Assembly (NCBI GenBank): GCA_964016885.1
Contig: OZ024743.1
Span: forward strand, 129,704,001-129,768,000
DNA: 64,000 nucleotides
Direction of reading: 5' to 3'
DNA from: Eledone cirrhosa
Taxonomy: Eukaryota
Shown here: in pieces, positions 58,101 through 64,000 of the stretch
How positions within the stretch are numbered: position 1 is the first letter of the stretch
Layout: every line of letters begins with the position of its first letter
Position numbers and translations under genes: made by a program
Notes under the pieces: model-generated
The model's input: the letters and a program-made list of their open reading frames with translations, nothing else
The model's database searches: none
Told to the model about the DNA's origin: nothing

Positions 58101-61100
58101 CACCAAACACCTAGCACCAAGCACCAAACACCAAGCCCCAAGTACCAAGCACCAAACACCAAGCACCAAACACCAATCACCAAGCACCTAGCACCAAACA
58201 CCAAACACCAAGCACCAAGCACCAAACACCAAGCACCAATCACCAAGCACCAAACACCAAGCACCATGCACCAAACACCAAACACCAAATACCAAACACG
58301 AAACACCAAGCACCAAGCATCAAACACCAAGCACCAAGCACCAAACACCAAGCACCAAACACCAAACACCAAGCACCAAGCACGAAGCACCAAACACCAA
58401 GCACCAGGCACCAAGCACCAAACACCAAGCACCAAGCACCAAACACCAAGCACCAAGCACCAAGCACAAAACACCAAACACCAAGCACCAAACACCTAAC
58501 ACCAAGCACCAAGCACCAAACACCAAGCAGCAAACACCAAACACCAAGCACCAAACACCAAGCACCAAACACCTAACACCAAGCACCAAGCACCAAGCAC
58601 CAAACACCAAGCAGCAAACACCAAACACCAAGCACCAAGCACCAAGCACCAAGCACCAAGCACCAAGCACCAAACACCATGCACCAAACACCAAGCACCA
58701 AGCACCAAGCACCAAACACGAAGCACCAAGCTCCAAGCACCAAACACCAAGCTCCAAACACCAAACACCAAGAACAATGCACCAAACACCAAGCACTAAA
58801 CACCAAACACCAAACACCAAACACCAAGCAACAAGCACCAAACAACAAGCACCAGGCACCAAACACCAAGCACCAAGCACCAAACGCCAAGCACCAAACA
58901 CCAAGCACCAAGCACCAAGCACTAAACACCAAATGGCAAACACCAAACACCAAACACAAAAAGCAAACACAAAACAACAAGCACCAATCACCAAACAACA
59001 AGCACCAGGCACCAAGCACTAAACACCAAACAGCAAGCACCAAGCACCAATCACCAAACACCAAGCACCAAGCATCAAACACCAAGCACCAAGCACCAAG
59101 CATCAAACACCAAACACCAAAGACCAAACACCAAATAGCAAAGACCAAACACGAAACAGCAAACACCATACAGCAAACACCAAACACCAAACAGCAAACA
59201 GCAAACACCAAGCACCAAGCACCAAACACCAAGTACCAAGCACCAAACACCAAGCACCAAGCACCAAACACCAAACCCCAAGCACCAAGTACCAAACACT
59301 AATCACCAAGCACCAAGCACCAAGCACCAAATACCAAGCACCAAGCACCAAGCACCAAACACCAAACACCAAGCATGCAGCACCAAACACCAAGCACCAA
59401 GCACCAAGCACCAAACACCAAGCACCAAGCACCAAACACCAAACACCGAACACCAAGCACCAAGCACCAAGCACCAAACACCAAACACCAAACACCAAGC
59501 ACCAGACACCAAGCACCAAACACCAAACACCAAACACCAAGCGCCAAGCACCAATCACCAAACAACAAGCACCAAGCACCAAGCACCAAACACCAAGCAC
59601 CAAAGACCAAAGACCAAACAGGAAACACCAAACACCAAACACCAAACACCAAACAGCAAACACCAAACACCAAACAGCAAACACCATACAGCAAACACCA
59701 AACACCAAAAAGCAGACAGCAAACAGCAAACACCAAACACCAAACACCAAACAGCAAACACCAAGCACCAAACACCAAGCACCAAGCACTGAACACCAAA
59801 CCCCAAGCACAAAGCACCAAACACTAATCACCAAGCACCAAGCACCAAACACCAAGCACCAACCACCAAACACCAAGCACCAAGCACTAAACGCCAACCA
59901 CCCAGCACCAAGCACCAAGGACCAAACACCAAGCACCAAAAACCAAACACCAAGCACCAGGCACCAAGCACCAAGCACCAAACACCAAGCCCCAAGCACC
60001 AAGCACCAAGCACCAAACAACAAGCACCAAACACCTAGCACCAATCACCAAACGCCAACCACCCAGCACCAAGCACCAAGCACCAAACACCAAACACCAA
60101 ACACCAAGCACCAAGCACCAAGCACCAAACACCAAGCCCCAAGTACCAAGCACCAAACACCAAGCACCAAACACCAAGCACCAAGCACCAAGCACCTAGC
60201 ACCAAACACCAAACACCAAGCACCAAGCACCAAACAACAAGCACCAATCACCAAGCACCAAACCCCAAGCAGCAAGCAGCAAGCACCAAACACCAAACAC
60301 CAAGCACCAAGCACCGAACACCAAGCACCAAGCACCAAACACCTAACACCTTACACCAAGCACCAAGCACCAAACACCAAGCACCAAGCACCAAACACCA
60401 AGCACCAAGCACCAAGCACCAAACACCAAACACCAAACACCAAGCACCAAGCACCAAACACCAAGCACCAATCACCAAGCACCAAGCACCAAGCACCAAA
60501 CACCAAGAACCAAGCACCAAGCACCAAACACCAAGTACAAACACCATGCACCAAGCACCAAACACCAAACACCAAGCACCAAGCACCAAGCACCAAGCAT
60601 CAAACACCAAGCATCAAAAACCAGACACCAAACACCAAGCACCAAACACCAAGCACCCTGCACCAAACACCAAGCACCAATCACCAAGCACCAAACACGA
60701 AGCACCAAGCTCCAAGCACCAAACACCAAGCACCAAACACCAAACACCAAGCACCATGCACCAAGCACCAAACACCAAACACCAAGCACCAAGCACCAAA
60801 CACCAAACACCAAGCACTAAACACCAAGCACCAAGCACCAAACAACAAGCACCAGGCACCAAACACCAAGCACCAAGCACCAAACGCCAAGCACCAAACA
60901 CCAAACACCAAGCCCCAAGTACCAAGCACCAAACACCAAGCACCAAACACCAGGCACCAAGCACCTAGCACCAAACACCAAACACCAAGCACCAAGCACC
61001 AAACACCAAGCACCAATCACCAAGCACAAAAAACCAAGCACCATGCACCAAACACCAAGCACCAAATACCAAACACCAAACACCTAGCACCAAGCACCAA

Positions 61101-64000
61101 ACACCAAGCCCCAAGTACCAAGCACCAAACACCAAGCACCAAACACCAATCACCAAGCACCAAGCACCAAACACCAAGCACCAATCACCAAGCACCAAAC
61201 ACCAAGCACCATGCACCAAACACCAAGCACCAAATACCAAACACGAAACACCAAGCACCAAGCATCAAACACCAAGCACCAAGCACCAAACACCAAGCAC
61301 CAAACACCAAACACCAAGCACCAAGCACCAAGCACCAAACACCAAGCACCAAGCACCTAGCACCAAACACCAAACACCAAGCACCAAGCAGCAAACACCA
61401 AGCACCAATCACCAAGCACCAAACACCAAGCAGCAAGCAGCAAGCACCAAACACCAAACACCAAGCACCAAGCACCAAACACAAAGCACCAAGGACCAAA
61501 CATCATACACCAAGCACCAAGCACCAAACACCTAACACCAAGCACCAAGCACCAAGCACCAAGCACCGAACACCAAGCACCAAACACCAAGCACCAATCA
61601 CCAAGCACCAAACACCAAGCACCATGCACCAAACACCAAGCACCAAATACCAAACACGAAACACCAAGCACCAAGCATCAAACACCAAGCACCAAGCACC
61701 AAACACCAAGCACCAAACGCCAAACACCAAGCACCAAGCACCAAGCACCAAACACCAAGCACCAAGCACCTAGCACCAAACACCAAACACCAAGCACCAA
61801 GCAGCAAACACCAAGCACCAATCACCAAGCACCAAACACCAAGCAGCAAGCAGCAAGCACCAAACACCAAACACCAAGCACCAAGCACCAAACACAAAGC
61901 ACCAAGGACCAAACATCATACACCAAGCACCAAGCACCAAACACCTAACACCAAGCACCAAGCACCAAGCACCAAGCACCGAACACCAAGCACCAAACAC
62001 CAAGCACCAAACACCAAGCACCAAGCACCAAACACCAAGCACCAAACACCAAGCACCAAGCACCAAGCACCAAACACCAAGCACCAGGCACCAAGCACCA
62101 AACACCAAGCACCATGGACCAAGCACCAAGCCCCAAACACTTAACACCAAGCACCAAGCACCAAACACCAAGCACCAAAAACCAAACACCAAGCACCGAC
62201 TACTAAACACCAAGCACCAAGCACCAAACACCAAGCACCAAGCACCAATCACCAAACACCAAGAACCAAGCACCAAACACCAAGCACCAAGGACCAAGCA
62301 CCAGGCACCAAGCACCAAGCACCAAACACAAAACACCAAGCACCAAACACAAAACACCAAGCACCAAGCACCAAGCAGCAAACACCAAGCATCAAACACC
62401 AAACACCAAACACCAAGCACCAAACACCAAGCACCAAGCAGCAAACACCAAACACCAAGCACCAAGCACCAAGCACCAAACACCAAACACCATGCACCAA
62501 ACACCAGACACCAAGCACCAAACACCAAGCACCAAGCACCAAGCACCAAACACCAAACAACAAGCACTAGGTACCAAGCACCAAACACCAAAAACCAAGC
62601 ACCAAGCATCAAACACCAAACCCCAAGCACCAATCACCAAACACCAATCACCAAGCACCAAGCACCAAACACCAAGCACCAAACAGCAAACCCCAAGCAC
62701 CAATCACCAAACACTAATCACCAAGCACCAAGCACCAATCACCAAGCACTAAGCACCAAGCGCCAAACACCAAGCACCAAGCACCAAACACCAAACCCCA
62801 AGCACCAAAGACCAAGCACCAAGCACCAAGGACCAAACACCAAGCACCAAGCACCAAACACCCAGCACCAAGCACCAAGCACCAAACACCAAGCACCAAG
62901 CACCAAACACCAAACACCAAACACCAAGCACCAAGCACCAAACAGCAAGCACCAAACACCAAACACAAAACAGCAAACATCAAACAGCAAACACCAAACA
63001 CCAAACAGCAAACAGCAAACGCCAAACACCAAGCACGAAGCACCAAGCACCAAACACCAAGCACCAAGCACCAAGCACAAAACACCAAACACCAAGCACC
63101 AAGGACCAAACATCAAACACCAAGCACCAAGCACCTAGCACAAAGCACCGAACACCAAGCACCAAACACCCAGCACCAAACACCAAACACCAAACACCAG
63201 CAGCAAGCACCAAACACCAAGCACCATGCACCAAACACCAAGCACCAAGCACCAAGCACCAAACACCAAGCACCAAACTCCAAACACCAAGCACCAAGTA
63301 CCAAACACCAAGCACTAAACACCAAACACCAAGCACCAAGCACCAATCTCCAAACACCAAGAACCAAGCACCAAACACCAAGCACCAAGCACCAAGTACA
63401 TACACCAAGAACCAAACACCAAACACAAAACACCAAGCACCAAGCAACAAGTATCAAACACCAAGCATCAAACACCAAACACCAAACACCAAACACCAAT
63501 CACCAAGCACCAAGCACCAAACACCAAGCACCAATCACCAAGCACCAAACACCAAGCACCATGCACCAAACACCAAGCACCAAATACCAAACACGAAACA
63601 CCAAGCACCAAGCATCAAACACCAAGCACCAAGCACCAAACACCAAGCACCAAACACCAAACACCAAGCACCAAGCACCAAGCACCAAACACCAAGCACC
63701 AAGCACCTAGCACCAAACACCAAGCACCAAACACCAGGCACCAAGCACCTAGCACCAAACACCAAACACCAAGCACCAAGCACCAAACACCAAGCACCAA
63801 TCACCAAGCACAAAAAACCAAGTACCAAGCACCAAACACCAAGCACCAAACACCAGGCACCAAGCACCTAGCACCAAACACCAAACACCAAGCACCAAGC
63901 ACTAAACACCAAGCACCAATCACCAAGCACAAAAAACCAAGCACCAAGCACCAAACACCAAGCCCCAAGTACCAAGCACCAAACACCAAGCACCAAACAC
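49163..64000 (+). repeat. Distal HOR: unit 1 49,163-55,814 (6,652 bp), unit 2 55,815-61,717 (5,903 bp), unit 3 from 61,718 (internally deleted)
   Basis: CGCCAAA anchors at 49163, 55815, 61718. Offsets 50159->56111 = 5,952; 50425->56328 through 55454->61357 = 5,903; 49215->61770 = 12,555. Unit 2 lacks 700+49 bp; unit 3 lacks ~4,302 bp. Confidence 0.9.
51330..55440 (+). repeat. More diverged satellite subfamily block (second copy ~57,233-61,343)
   Basis: Monomers not seen left of 51 kb: CAGGAAA, AAGCAGA, CGACAAA, TGCCAAC, TGGCAAA, TAGCAAA, AACAATG, CACCTTA, CACCCTG, CACTGAA. Lacks the GGTACC, CCATGG and TACATA landmarks of the 3-kb HOR. Confidence 0.88.

Larger units (their letters stand above)
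1..64000 (+). repeat. Heptamer satellite array, consensus CACCAAR (CACCAAG/CACCAAA interspersed), ~9,150 monomers, running off both window ends
   Basis: Every line parses into CACCAAG/CACCAAA or variants with 1-3 substitutions (CACCAAT, CAGCAAA, CATCAAA, CACTAAG, GACCAAA, AACCAAG, CCCCAAG). Monomers start at 4 and at 63991 (63,987 bp apart); with 56 counted hexamers this is 9,149 units. No inversion or non-repeat insert seen. Confidence 0.99.

Noticed and set aside
314-63989. Hundreds of minus-strand ORFs (LGAWCLV repeats) resembling membrane proteins
   Set aside because: They overlap in all three frames, often begin at TTG/GTG within the repeat, and end at chance variant stops. They are a by-product of a stop-free heptamer.
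1-64000. CRISPR-like or other repeat-spacer array
   Set aside because: No unique spacers, leader or cas genes; all variable parts are point variants of the same heptamer.
1-64000. Canonical telomere tract (CCCTAAA, CCCTAA, CCTAA)
   Set aside because: No tandem canonical motif and no GGG runs in the minus-strand consensus; kb-scale duplication of variants does not fit fresh telomerase synthesis. Kept only as a possible remote origin.
1-64000. Purely artefactual low-complexity sequence or strong G-quadruplex array
   Set aside because: Hierarchically shared private variants and exact phase arithmetic argue for real evolved satellite, though copy numbers could be misassembled. The consensus has only GG runs, allowing at best weak two-tetrad G4.

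Overview
The entire 64 kb is one uninterrupted, single-orientation tandem array of the heptamer CACCAA(G/A) (minus strand (C/T)TTGGTG), about 9,150 monomers. I see no unique sequence, credible gene, RNA gene, transposon or CRISPR array; every ORF in the track is the satellite read in frame. The information lies in the variant monomers, which reveal nested higher-order repeats (HORs): 42-420 bp modules, a ~3.05 kb HOR, a ~11.7-13.5 kb super-duplication, then 4.64 kb, 3.00 kb and 6.65/5.90 kb HORs further right, with spatially layered subfamilies. Every duplication and deletion I could size is a whole number of heptamers once 56 one-base-short (6-nt) monomers, from about six site classes, are counted. 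This resembles a large eukaryotic satellite (centromeric, pericentromeric or subtelomeric), but organism and function cannot be determined from this window. Breakpoints are approximate and were read by eye.
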